NCBI GenBank assembly: GCA_951406725.2
Contig: OX597821.1
Span: 78,678,001-78,742,000 of the forward strand
Reading direction: 5' to 3'
Origin: Octopus vulgaris
Lineage: Eukaryota
DNA: 64,000 nt
The notes beneath the pieces are model-generated. The model was not told where the DNA came from, did no database searches, and was given only the letters and a program-made list of their open reading frames with translations. Within the stretch, counting starts at the first letter, position 1; every line of letters begins with the position of its first letter. A program made the translations under genes and the position numbers. This document shows positions 12,480-24,989 of this stretch, in pieces.

Positions 12480-13750
12480 ACAATGTCAGTGTGTAAAACA
12501 GTTTAATTCAGCAGGGTAAAATATACGAGGTTGTAGATTGGTTTAAGACGATCCCAAACAAAAAGAATGCCTTTCCTATAATTTTACACCAAAGATTATT
12601 ACGCATCAATAACAAAACCTAAGCTCAGCATCGCCACAATTACACAAGGACAATAACTACAATAAACGACACAGAAACAAGCAAGGAAATCCCTTCTCTT
12701 CCTCAACAATGCTTTCTCGATGAAGAAAAACTTTAAAGAAACATTTGAGCTAAGTATTGACTGTAAGACGAAGTGACATCGACGGCTTTTACATATTAGC
12801 AAACTTTCAGAGAAAATTCCATTCTCTACAAGGATTACGGTCTATTCCTGCCAAGAAACTACGGCCAACAAAAATGGATAAATTAAGGAAAGGGCTACAT
12901 CAAGTATTCGGAAACCGTAGGCGTGTTCTTTGCAGTAAACACACACAAATTTAGCCATCTTCTCGACGCTACACTTGACTTAGCATCCAATGCATATCAA
13001 CTTAAAAAGATTAAAAGCAAGTTCAATGTCTACGCAGGTAATCCATACACTGCTAAAAGCATTGTTAAAAACATTGTATAGAAGATATCTCCAAGAGACG
13101 TTCGTCTTTATCCTCCATCAAAATAAGAACTCCATATAACGAAGCTCTCAATTACACTGATTGTAAGGTAAAAGTACCATATAAGACCGCACCTATAATA
13201 AATAAAATATCATAAGAATGGAATAAAGGAAAATTATCTTCTTCAGCCTATCCATCATGAAACCATAAGCCATTAGCCATATAATTCTTCAGAATCCTTA
13301 GAATACACTTCTCCTCTGAACAAAAGTATCACACATTGCTTTACAAAAATAGCATTAGAATATTATATTCCACGTCTATTAATTTCGAAAACATTGTAGT
13401 CAATTGCAACCACAAAATTTCTGAAGGTATAACCTAAAATCACACACATAGCAGCAACAATTGAAAATCTCTCCTGTCTTCTGATAAGAAGTGATATTGC
13501 CTATGGCTCAACTGTAGCCATGAACATGCAATGTTCGACACATATAAAGTGTACAGCAGGCCTGTTCAAGATAGGATACAACCAAATTACTATTCGCAAA
13601 TCAAACGAAAAAATATCGGTATTAAACGAAATTATGTGTAAAATAATGATATGCCCAATATCATATTTAGTCATGAATTTCGTAAACAAAACTTTGAAAT
13701 TGTTTCTTCCTGCAATCACATCTTCAAAATAATAAAGCCCTTCAAACCAA
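12480..13750 (+). mobile_element. Highly decayed Penelope-like element remnant
   Basis: LLDATLDL and YSTSINFENIVVNCNHKI resemble Penelope RT C-terminal and linker motifs; inverted counterpart at about 46250-47700. Confidence 0.5.
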
Positions 13751-13868
13751 TAGTTATATTCAACCTTCTAAATATGAAAATATCTTACGTACTTTTCTCT
13801 ACCTATTTAACCACAATCTATAACTGAAGAATGAATCTAGCTTATAAGTTGTTCTAATTTTGCATATG

Positions 13869-13957
<89 letters not shown>

Positions 13958-14157
13958 TATGTGAAATAGAAAGATGAATAATCTTGTAGTAGATTAATCA
14001 AAAGTTTAACCGATACCTTAGTAGCAAAAATCACAGCAGTAAACAGCACGGTTGGAGGTACAACCGTGCGTTGGTGCGGATAATTGAAATTAAAACATTA
14101 TTGGTGAATTGAAGAAATGGAGCTGAACGCAGATTGAACAGAAATCGTTTTATTTCA

Positions 14158-14237
14158 TTCTACACGTGTTTCGAAAGGCACAAATTACCAAAATCCGATT
14201 GAATAATGGGACCATATTGTGTCTTTCTCTTCAGGAA
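14158..14237 (-). ncRNA. Type I hammerhead ribozyme
   Basis: Reverse complement of 14321-14400. Confidence 0.85.
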
Positions 14238-14320
14238 GAAAATAGGTTGGAAAAACAAAAACAGAACAGAGGCCTCCGCCTCTGTTCTGTTTTTGTTTTT
14301 CCAACGGATTTTCTATTTTC

Positions 14321-14400
14321 TTCCTGAAGAGAAAGACACAATATGGTCCCATTATTCAATCGGATTTTGGTAATTTGTGCCTTTCGAAACACGTGTAGAA
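14321..14400 (+). ncRNA. Type I hammerhead ribozyme (palindromic stem III, GUA site)
   Basis: ttc-CTGAAGA-gaaagacacaa..ttgtgcctttc-GAAA-cacgtg-TA-gaa. Confidence 0.85.
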
Positions 14401-14458
14401 TGAAATAAAACGATTTCTGTTCAATCTGCGTTCAGCTCCATTTCTTCAATTCACCAAT

Positions 14459-14490
<32 letters not shown>

Positions 14491-15406
14491 TGCTCTGTAT
14501 TAACATTGCGCATACAATAAATCCTTAAGAAGTTATCTCCCTAAAGCACGAGGTTTACATATTTTGAAGTAGTAACCAAATAACTACTACAACTCAGAAA
14601 GCTGCTCATCTAACATTTACACTTACCTTCATACATTTGTGGGGCTTAAATCTCAAGATAAACAAATTTCAACTCTAACTATACCTTGAACTCTAGTTGA
14701 TACACGTTATCACAGAGTCTTCTATGTTTGACTGTTAACCTCCTCATTATAGTCTCTCTTATTGATGAGTAATAACCTTTGGTGTAAAAACCCATGGAAA
14801 GGGCATAAGCCTCATCTATTCCTCCGTATGTGTGATACTCGAGAGGCAGTACAGAGCTGCTTTTTTGTTTCCGGCGAGAATTTGTCTATGTCTTTAACCA
14901 TGTTCGAAGAGATGACATGTCTGCCGAATAGGTTGTTATTGAATCTGGGTTTGTCCTCTAACAATTGACATGTGGTGAGAAATTAGTTAAACGATTCAAC
15001 TTTACACCTACATTCATCAATTTATACACTTTAAAGCACAGTTTAAACTGTTTTTCTAAAACTTCGCACATCAAATCACAAGACTTACCGGTTTGATTGT
15101 TAATATTAGCGACAACAAGTAAAGAGATATGTTGAACAACTACACTTTACACCTATTTATACCTTTTGCAGAACATTTAAAAGACTACATGACCTCTTCT
15201 TTGATATATTTAAATGAGCACACTTAATTACGAGGAATTAGATGCTAAACTTAAGTCTCATCTATGACATTCACTTTCCGGAAACAAAAGGATAAATGGG
15301 CGATTTATCAAAGTAAAATCGATAACTAAACAAGTCAACATTTTACAAAAGTCAACACAAGTAGTCTACAACTAAACCACATTTACTGACCTACTAATTT
15401 TTTCGC

Positions 15407-15806
15407 CGATAATGAGTGTTTATTTAAAATATCCCGTTAAATAAACACTCATTATCGCTATGGGCTCCGTGTGGGCAGTCATCTAAAAGTTTTTGTGCAT
15501 CTTGATGCTGACATACGTTCCTTGTTTTTTCTGATGAGAAGACGGCATAATGCACCCCTTATTCCTTCGAAATTAGGAATATGCAGCCTTCGAAACATAT
15601 GTCGAAAATAAAGGAATTTTGTTAATTCGTCGTTCAACTCCATTCTTTCATTTATTTGTATTTAAAAAAATACACAAATTTCCACACGATAGCACGTGAT
15701 CTCTGCCCTAGGCATGTAGCTTCAACCGTGTTTTTCTGACGTGAATTTGCTACCCAGGTATCGGTTAACCGAATTATCCATAATAAGATAATTCATTCAA
15801 CTACTC

Positions 15807-15810
<4 letters not shown>
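15407..15810 (+). mobile_element. Solo Penelope-like terminus (same family as 55399-57540) with a short 5' fold-back
   Basis: Near-identical to the reverse complement of 55399-55775; begins with the hairpin cgataatgagtgtttatttaa..ttaaataaacactcattatcg; ends at (TA)n. Confidence 0.88.
15526..15608 (+). ncRNA. Type I hammerhead ribozyme (GUC site)
   Basis: ttttt-CTGATGA-gaagacggcat..atgcagccttc-GAAA-catatg-TC-gaaaa. Confidence 0.85.
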
Positions 15811-15858
<48 letters not shown>

Positions 15859-15859
15859 T

Positions 15860-16094
15860 ATTGTATTTTCTTTTACTTCATTTAACAATTAAACTACAGC
15901 CATGTTGCTGCACTGCCTAGTATAATTTCATATCGATTTTTCGACAAATGTAATTACATTGTTATAATCCTGTCACGTATGGAATTGTTTAATTTTCGGG
16001 GATGTAAACACACCAACATCGGTTATCAAGCGATGGTAGTGAGGGGACAAATCAGACATATATATGCACAAACACAAACTCACACACACACACG

Positions 16095-16154
<60 letters not shown>

Positions 16155-16290
16155 ACGGGTTCTATTCAGTTTCCGTCTACCAATCCCACTCATAATAATT
16201 TAGTTGGTCAGATTAGTTGCCCAAGGACGAGTGGGACAGAACTTCATGCCATGTGTTTTGGAAGCATGCTTCTTGCAACACAACCACACC
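15860..16290 (-). mobile_element. Decayed bipartite SINE with an internal (CA)/(TA) microsatellite
   Basis: Reverse-complement homology to both halves of 17167-17580. Confidence 0.6.
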
Positions 16291-16444
16291 TACACTTCGG
16301 ATAATCTACTCACTCTATTTACAAATATAGGTGTGCGTCTTATTCCTGACGTTTGGACATTAATACAACTTACGTATATGAATGTATATATTCATGCATA
16401 TATACATACCTACATACATACACACACACACATATATATATGAT

Positions 16445-16865
16445 TTTTTTTCAGAATGAGATAAAGAAACCAAGGCTGTGAAGATTTTAAGACATTTATA
16501 AATATGACTTACAGATGTTGCCAGGATATTTATTATATCCCTTCATCGGAGACGGCGTGAGAGAATAGTTAAGCAATATATAATTTAGATAAGATACGAA
16601 ATAGAGAGTGAAATGGAGGAATGAAAATGGATGTTTGATATGCAGGGATATTCCATTTGTAGATCCATTATTTAATCAGAATCGTATACATATAGGATTC
16701 GAATACCTTGTGAGTAAATTCCAATAGTATTTAAAATTGATCATTGTAAATTCCAATAGTATGAAGGGATATAATAAATATCCTGGAAATAGCTGTAAGA
16801 CCTTCTATTTATAAATGTTCTAAGATCTTCACAGCCTTGGTCTTTTTATCTCATTCTGAAAGAAG
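16445..16865. mobile_element. Penelope-like remnant with ~105-bp inverted arms carrying decayed hammerheads
   Basis: 16445-16546 is the reverse complement of about 16761-16865; right arm reads ATGAagggatat..atatcctgGAAAtagctgTA; related to 51685-51795. Confidence 0.7.
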
Positions 16866-17166
16866 CATTTTTTATATATACACATACTGATATATGACCT
16901 ACGTTGGACTCCTTATTCGCGTAATCACAGAACCTGGAGCTTAATTATGGGCTATCCATAGTAATTATTCAGCATTAGCTGACACATTTGTATCTTATAG
17001 ACACCATTACCTCGCATGACCTCTCTCTCTCTCTCTCTCTCTATTTCCGTCTCTCTCTCTCTCTTTCTTTCTCTTTCTCTCCCTATATATATATATATAT
17101 ATATATTTTATATATATATATACACATATATATATATAGGCTGTGGCTGTATGGTAACTAGCTATA

Positions 17167-17309
17167 GGCGCAGGCGTGGCTGTGTGGTAGTAGCTTGCTT
17201 ACCAACCACATGGTTCCGAGTACCATGGGCAAGATTCTTCTACAATATCCTTGGGCCGACCAAGGCCGTGAGAGTGGATTTAGTAGACCGAAACTGAAAG
17301 AAGCCCGTC

Positions 17310-17358
<49 letters not shown>

Positions 17359-17580
17359 CATGTGTATATATGTTTGTGTGTCTGCGTTTGACCCCCACCA
17401 TCGTTTGACAACCGAAGCTGGCGTGTTTACTTAACGGTTCGCCAAAGAGAGTGATTGAATAAGTACTAGGCTTACAAAGAATAAGTCCTGGGGTCGATTT
17501 GCTAGACTAAATGCGGTGCTCCTGGCATGGCCACAGTCAAATGACTAAAACAAATAAAACAATAAAAGAATAAAAGAATA
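17167..17580 (+). mobile_element. tRNA-derived bipartite SINE with an internal (TA)n
   Basis: Head aggcgcaggcgtggctgtgtggt..ggttc; 5' half recurs inverted at 18737-18875 and 16154-16290; tail gcatggccacagtcaaatgac recurs inverted at about 17610-17640. Confidence 0.75.
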
Positions 17581-17886
17581 TATATATATTTATATATTTA
17601 TCTATATTTTGTTTCAGTAATTTGACTATGGCCATGTGGAGCACTAACGTTTGATGAGCAAATCGATCCCAGGACAATTCTATGTAAGCCTAGTACGTAT
17701 TATATCGCTGTCTTGTGTCGAACAGCTAAGTTGCGAGAAGTAGGAAGTAGGTGATTGGGAGTACAAAACGGACACAAAAACATTCACAAACACGCACACA
17801 CAAACACACAACCACACAGAGACACAGACACACAGACACACACAAACACATACATATATACTCATTTATATATATATATATATATA

Positions 17887-18713
17887 CAACAATTGAGGGT
17901 AAAATTAATTAATTATTAATCAATTTCACCAAGTGTTCAGTATGCAAAGGGACCATTTAAGGCGAATTCAAATTATTACATTATATAAAAGGGCTTAGTA
18001 AAATAAATTACTTTGCCGCATACTGAACTCATTAGAAATAGCAGCTAAAAAACTTTTTTAAAGCTATTTCTAATACTTAAAGAAAATCTCTCTCATATAG
18101 TGTTTGCTTAATTCAACTCACAAAAGTTTGGGGGTAAGGACATCAAAAAATCAAATGCTAAGGTTATTTGAGAACGTACGTTTCAAGATTAGTCAAAACG
18201 ACACTTCTATCATCAGCTCAGAAACTCCTTGGTTTGGATTTGGAAACACTGAAAGTAAGAACATACCCTTTCGGCTTCTCATCGCTTTCGAAGATCTGCT
18301 CGTAACTAACAGTGCCAACAAACTCAAATAAGCAAGCGAAGAATTTCTGTTCTCCCCTTTCCACCAGCGTGGGTTAAAATCATCAAACACTATGCTTATT
18401 TCGGTAAAATCCGAAGCATTAATTAGAGGGAGATTAATTATAATTTCAACAATTGAGGGTAAAATTAATTAATTATTAATCAATTTCACCAAGTGTTCAG
18501 TATGCAAAGGGACCATTTAAGGCGAATTCAAATTATTACATTATATAAAAGGGCTTAGTAAAATAAATTACTTTGCCGCATACTGAACTCATTAGAAATA
18601 GCAGCTAAAAAACTTTTTTAAAGCTATTTCTAATACTTAAAGAAAATCTCTCTCATATAGTGTTTGCTTAATTCAACTCACAAAAGTTTGGGGGTAAGGA
18701 CATCAAAAAATCA
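17887..18713 (-). mobile_element. Non-coding 560-bp-period partial tandem with a hammerhead (retrozyme-like), inserted in (TA)n
   Basis: 17887-18153 is identical by eye to 18447-18713 (267 bp); hammerhead in the single-copy part; TA runs on both sides. Confidence 0.75.
18169..18220 (-). ncRNA. Type I hammerhead ribozyme (GUU site, palindromic stem III)
   Basis: Minus strand tgag-CTGATGA-tagaagtgtcgttttgactaatctt-GAAA-cgtacg-TT-ctca; stem II is imperfect. Confidence 0.75.
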
Positions 18714-18736
18714 TATATATATATATATATATATAT

Positions 18737-18875
18737 ACGACGGGGGTTCTTTCAGTTTCCGTCTCCCGAATCCGGTCTCAAGGATTTGGTCCGCCTGAGG
18801 CTACGGTAGAAGATACTTGCCGGAACGATGTGGAAGGTAAACCAGCCACTTACCACACAGCAACTCCTGCGCCTA
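18737..18875 (-). mobile_element. SINE 5' half (family of 17167-17580)
   Basis: Reverse-complement homology to 17167-17310. Confidence 0.75.
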
Positions 18876-18918
18876 TATATCCGTACATACATATATACAT
18901 ACATACATGCATACATAC

Positions 18919-18972
<54 letters not shown>

Positions 18973-19015
18973 TGTGTGTGTATGTATCACACGAAGACAC
19001 ACACACACGAACGCA

Positions 19016-19100
<85 letters not shown>

Positions 19101-21859
19101 TTTGCATTCCTGAAATTTTAAACCTTTTCAGCTGAGACATTTATTTCAACGAAATTTCTAAGCCCCTTCACTGTTATAGCCCCTGATTTCAATGCACTTA
19201 TGGCGATGAAGCTATTTCGTGGAGATCCTATGGGTCCTCTAATGCTCAAGTATCTAGAGCCCTTGTCACAGCACCTTTCAATTTACATCTCTAAACCGGA
19301 AGCTCCCGTTGTTTTTGATGTCCTTTGGTCATTGCACTCTTAAAGTAATTCCAGCTTTCCTAATGGTCAGATTCTCTTGGATTGGATATAATGACCAAAA
19401 CCATCTCCCAGGTGCCAAAAAAGCTTCATTCCTTTTCTTTGCTCCTGAACATTCTGGGAATAATCTTTGTATAAATTTGCTCCTGGGAGATCTTCACTCA
19501 AACGTCTACGACAGTTATCCCACCAATTCCAACCTGTATGCTTAGGCACACAACGGTTTTCATCCATCTCCTCCCACACCTCTCATCGCTTTTCACATCT
19601 CTTCTACCGTCCTTGACCCTTTTGCCGCAACCATATACTTACACGATATAATCCATAAACAATCCGAAGCGTTTTTACTCAATTTCACGGAGAATTTACA
19701 TCCTACTAGCTACTCAGCTGTTTAAAATAGTGTGTATTAGGGTGCTTTCAAATTCCTGCTACATCCTAAGTTTGGAATATAAATAAATAAAATTGGCGGG
19801 ACCGCTTGTCAGATCCCTTGTATTACTATAATTAATTAACAATAATCTTAGCAGTTATAACTATCTCCCTTAAAACAAAGTCACGAAGTTTCTGGAATAT
19901 ATCACTTACATTACTTTTTGGAACATTGGATATCGAACACATAAATGAATCCGGGCATTCACTGGCAGACTTCGATATCTGCTCTCCCAAAGTTGTTTTT
20001 CTTGCTTTTGTTTATCATGCCCCTTTTGTTGCACGTATTCTACACCATATTTGGCACTACTTTACTGGTTCTGAGACGAAATATTTTCATAAATGGTAAA
20101 ATATCTATATATAAAGATAATAATTTAGTGAGATGGAAGAGCCATTTAAATCGACTTTAGAATTCTATTAGCACTTGTTAGTTCTATAGATTCCATTTCT
20201 CTTGACAGTAGGTGATGTATAAAGTCAAGGCGTTCAGTGACCACCTCACGTACTGCACTTCACAAAAACCCCTACTTCTAAGAAGTATCCCATATGTCAA
20301 TTCTTACTATTGGTGACTATATTATTCCACCATTTTTAAACTTTATTCCTCTCATTTGCATAGTTTCAAATTTTGGCGCAAGTTCAGCAATTTGGGGGAA
20401 GGTATTAAATCGATTATATCGACTGATACTTAAGTAATCGATCGCGAAATGATGAAAGGCAAGGTGGACCTCAGCAGATTTAGAACGTATAAACTTACGA
20501 AATGCAACGAAGTATTTGGTCGCTGCCATGTCATCGCCTTATTTGTTTGATAATTGTTTAATTTTTTTTTTGGTCATCCATAAGAACATTAAGAACACCT
20601 TTCGATACCTCGCACTCTTATATACCGTAATTACATTTGACTTGCTAAACAAAATACACACCTTATGACAGTGATCTTTTTGTTCCTTATCTGCATTCGA
20701 ATCTCATTTAGCTTTCAATATTATAATAAATACAGAAATTATAAATGAAGCTCTATTTCCATGGTAATTCACACGCTCTGTTTTACATTCTCTATTTAAA
20801 TGCTTATTATTTCGACGTCGTAACATTACTAACTTCAATAGCGCCAGCATTTCTTACATGCTGGCTGTATTTTTTTAATTCTCATCTACTATTTCATGGT
20901 TGTATATTTTTCAATATACGCGTGCATGCGCAGATGCACGTTATTTGTTTTAAGTTTATTTTTCTATTACAGGTTTAAGTATATATGTTTTAAATATTTG
21001 CGAACTTAAGTGAATTCTCTGATGTGTTAAAGGCATTTTATAAAAACTCTTTAAAATTATGTTTTCATCTAACTGACTTGACGCTTATTTCAATATCTTG
21101 AATATTCTATAGCGTTTTCTGATCCATTGAAATGTATTCTTTTGCACAAATAAAAATCTTATTGAACGATATTTGTTTTGGGAGTTAATATTGGCATTTA
21201 TATTACAAAACTCGTAATGGTGGCATCAGCTTTGACTTGTTGAATTTCTGTATGTTTTCGACATTCACTCTGGATTCGTAATTTTCATAAACATTCTTGA
21301 AACATGAAATTAAACAGGACAGTCTCGGTGGCAACGCATTTTACATGAATTCTTCTCAAGGCCAATCTGCGGCTACACAACAACATTTAAATGAAATTCA
21401 ATTTTGGCGATCAACCTTCTACTATATATTATATATATATATGACACATGACAAAATCCCCTCCAGTCACCTAACGATAACAAATTCTTATCTCCACTAT
21501 TTTGTGTATTGCTCAACAAACCTATACATGTATAGTGGTAGAAAGCAATCAGCATAGAGAGAGAGAGAGATAGCGAGAAAGAGAGAGATAGAGAAAAAGA
21601 GAGAGAGAGATAAAGAAAGAGAGGGTTTAGATATAAAAGAAATCGTGCTGAACCCCGACATTGTTGTTTATCCCGCAGCTTTGCAATATGTTACAGTCGA
21701 CACATTATATCATTGTTTTGATGAAAATTTGCTTCAAAAAATATTGGTCAAGTTTAATAGAATCTAATATGTACTCAATGCATGAAATGTCCCAATGAAG
21801 CGCCCTCGACAGGAGTTAGCTGAGAAGCCGCTAGATAGGGAGGCGTTTTATCTAGTATA

Positions 21860-22167
21860 TCACCGTGATCACCGTGACCGTCCAGGCTATCAGATGTTGC
21901 TACACATCGATGGTCACAATGCGCTTCGCATTGTTTTAGCCTTAAAATGACGCCACCCCGCTGGCTAAGCGAGCAAGCCAACAGAAGAAAGAGTGAGAGA
22001 AATTTGAGGAGAAAGAGTACAGCAGGGATCGCCACCACCCAACGGCCAGAGCATCGTGGAGCTTTAGGTGTTTTCGCTCAATTAACTCTCACAACGGTCT
22101 GGGATTCGAAACCGCAATCCTACAACCGCAAATCCGCTGCCCTAACCACGGGTCCATTGCACCTCCA
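21860..22167 (-). mobile_element. tRNA-derived SINE
   Basis: Minus strand gaggtgcaatggacccgtggttagggcagcgg..ggtttcgaatccc; same head and body as 44235-44400. Confidence 0.85.
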
Positions 22168-22183
22168 CTTTTGATAGTGTTTT

Positions 22184-22214
<31 letters not shown>

Positions 22215-22220
<6 letters not shown>

Positions 22221-22675
22221 ATATATTGTTATAATAATTAATAAGTGGATGTAAACACATGAACAAAATAAGAATAAACAAAAACAACAACAACAAAAAC
22301 AAATTACATGAACGTATATAAACAGAAGATACAAATATTACAGGCATCCCCCCACACTAAATAAACATAGACGCACATAGCGATATAGGCATGCGCAAAT
22401 GAAGACATACCATAGAAATACAAAATGACTGACGGTTAGTAAGGAGAGACACAAATAAGAAAGAAGAAAACAAAGGACCACTGATACGGTCACAGGAGTG
22501 TGACGAAAGAACTCTGGCCGAAATAAGATTAAGATTAACGTAAAAAATAAATAACACTAAAGCAAAATAAGACCAAATATATAGTGGGTGTTTTTATTGG
22601 CTAAAGTGGCAAAATGATCATTCCGAAATATAACAATATCTGTTTCAACACACGACTTCACATAAGAAATCTTGC

Positions 22676-22685
<10 letters not shown>
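22215..22685 (+). mobile_element. 3' terminus of the Penelope-like family seen at 62641-64000, with a variant hammerhead-like motif at 22478-22517
   Basis: Reverse-complement homology to 62641-63090; cca-CTGATAC-ggtcacaggagtgtgac-GAAA-gaac-TC-tgg. Confidence 0.8.
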
Positions 22686-22706
<21 letters not shown>

Positions 22707-22927
22707 CGAGAGACAGAGAGACAGAGAATTTATTAAAAAAAAACAAAAGACGAAGACGAGTGTGTAAACAACAAACAGATGTATTAGTTGAACGCTCGGG
22801 AATTGAGAATTTGTTTAACGTTTCGAGCTTAAGCTCTTCGACAGAAAGGAACATAGAAATAAACAGGGAGAGATAATTTTCATAATGTTAGTAGCTAGCG
22901 ATCTTTCATATCGAATGCCATATATAT

Positions 22928-22971
<44 letters not shown>

Positions 22972-22989
22972 TTATATTAATAAACATAT

Positions 22990-23243
22990 ATCATCATTAT
23001 CATTATCATCGTTCAACGTCCGCTTTCCATGCTGGCATGGCTTGGATGCTTTGACATCACATCTGATACTGCTTAGGCCCAACTTTTCTTCCAAGGCACT
23101 TACACTCTGTGGAGTATGCACATTGATATTACACAGCCAGCTGAGCATACTGGCTTCATTCCTTGCAAGCTTACGCATATTCTCAGCAATCACGGCCCAT
23201 GTTTCACTGCCATGTAGCATGGCTGTTCGTACACATGCGTCTA
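22990..23243 (-). mobile_element. RTE-clade LINE 3' fragment
   Basis: MLHGSETWAV..LARNEASMLSWLCNI matches the RTE C-terminal LxGSETW..E.RML motif; ends in a (GAT/AAT) tail. Confidence 0.75.
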
Positions 23244-23266
23244 ATTTTTATATATGTACACATACA

Positions 23267-24404
23267 TTGGGTTGGCAACTAAGTTCCAGCCGCCTTTTTA
23301 AATTTTGGGATCTATCTTCTTTGAGAATTCTATTTTTGAATTATTTAGGAATCTATTTCTTTCTCGTTAATTTTAGTTAATTTTGTTTATTTTCACTTCA
23401 TTAAGATGGAATGCCAAGTAAAAAAAACGAGTATTTTTGACACCTCCTACATTTTGCTTTTAATGAAAGTTCTAAGGCCGCAAAAGCTGCTCGCGACATG
23501 TGTGCTGTGTATGGAGAGGGTGCCATAGCTGAAAGAACTGCTTGTGATTGGTATTCCAAGTTCAAAAATAGAAATTGTGACCTCAAAGACGCACCTCGTT
23601 CCGGCCGTACAGTTGAGTTCGATGAAGAGTGATTAAACCACCTTTTGCACGAAAATTCTCGTCAAACGACAAGGGAGCTGGCAGAGAAAATCGAATGCTC
23701 TCACGCTGCTATAGAGACGCATCTTCACTCTATGGGAAAGGTTCAGAAGTATGGAGCATAGATTTCGCATGCTTTAAGTGATAACAACAAAATTCAACTA
23801 GCCAGAATATCCGCTGGTTTGCTTGATCGTCACCGCTCAACTCATGGACGCAAGCAACGATTTCTTTAGCGAATCGTTACTGGCGACAAAAAATGGTGCC
23901 TGTACAAGAATATGAATCGACACCCCGAGTGAAACAAGATCTTCATCCGTGTAAAACGATGTTGTGCGTATGGTGGAACTGGGAAGGGATTCTCCATAAC
24001 GAATTGCTTGAACGGAACCAAACGGTCAACGCAGAACTCTATGTTCAACAGATGGAACGACACAACATGGCTATTCTAGAGAAAAGGCCTAATCGCAGCA
24101 TGGAGTTCTTCTGCTGCACGACAACCCCGCCTTCTCATTCTCAATACGACTAAGGAGGTCATTCAAACGCATGGCTGGGAAGTGCTGCCACACCTTCTGT
24201 ACTCTCCTGATTTGGCACCAACAGATTTCCACCTCTTTCGGTCTCTTTCAAATGCTATGCGCGGAGTTTCGTTCAAAACTGATGCTGAATTGAGAGCCTG
24301 ATTGGATCAATTTTTCGAGTCGAAATATACTAACTGGGTATTGAAAATCTTGTTGAACGTTGGGAAGAAGTTGTAAGCAACAAGGGTGAATGCATTATTG
24401 ATTA
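23267..24404 (+). mobile_element. Decayed mariner DNA transposon (transposase pseudogene 23406-24404, left TIR only)
   Basis: TIR-like ttgggttggcaactaagt; AARDMCAVYGEGAIAERT..DAPRSGR, RIVTGDKKW, HDN, YSPDLAPTDFHLF; frameshifts and stops. Confidence 0.92.
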
Positions 24405-24523
24405 ATTAATTGTTATTTTGTTATTAAACACATTTAAATATTGTATGCACAGAATATGGTTAAATATTGATAAATATTAAATATCAATACTATTATTTTC
24501 TAAATATTCTGAAAAGACTTACC

Positions 24524-24707
<184 letters not shown>

Positions 24708-24989
24708 ATAGCTACAATAATGATAGTAATAATTAGGAACAGTATCGGAAGGCATCAATGAAATTGGACGATTCTGCCTCGTAGAACTGTAACAAAAGAT
24801 TTGCTTCCTTGGCACGTCCAGAATAATCAAGAATAATAAGCTAAAAAGCACGAATAGCATCGTATCGTAGGTTGCAGGTAGTAAGCCTGCTACACATGCA
24901 AGACTCCAGGTGCTCCCACAAAACCTGTGTTAAAGAGGAGATAATAATAATGGGAATGCATCAACAGTTAAAGAAGCAACATGGCAGAG

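Larger units (their letters stand above)
13960..14467. mobile_element. Penelope-like terminus with a near-perfect ~180-bp-arm inverted repeat, inserted in (TA)n
   Basis: 14091-14273 is the reverse complement of 14278-14467 apart from a 7-nt indel; each arm carries a hammerhead; only the left arm has the extension 13960-14090. Confidence 0.85.

Noticed and set aside
22815-22850. Minus-strand mini-hammerhead-like CTGTCGAagagcttaagctcGAAAcgtta
   Set aside because: Core A6 is replaced and stem I is weak; cannot be supported from one copy
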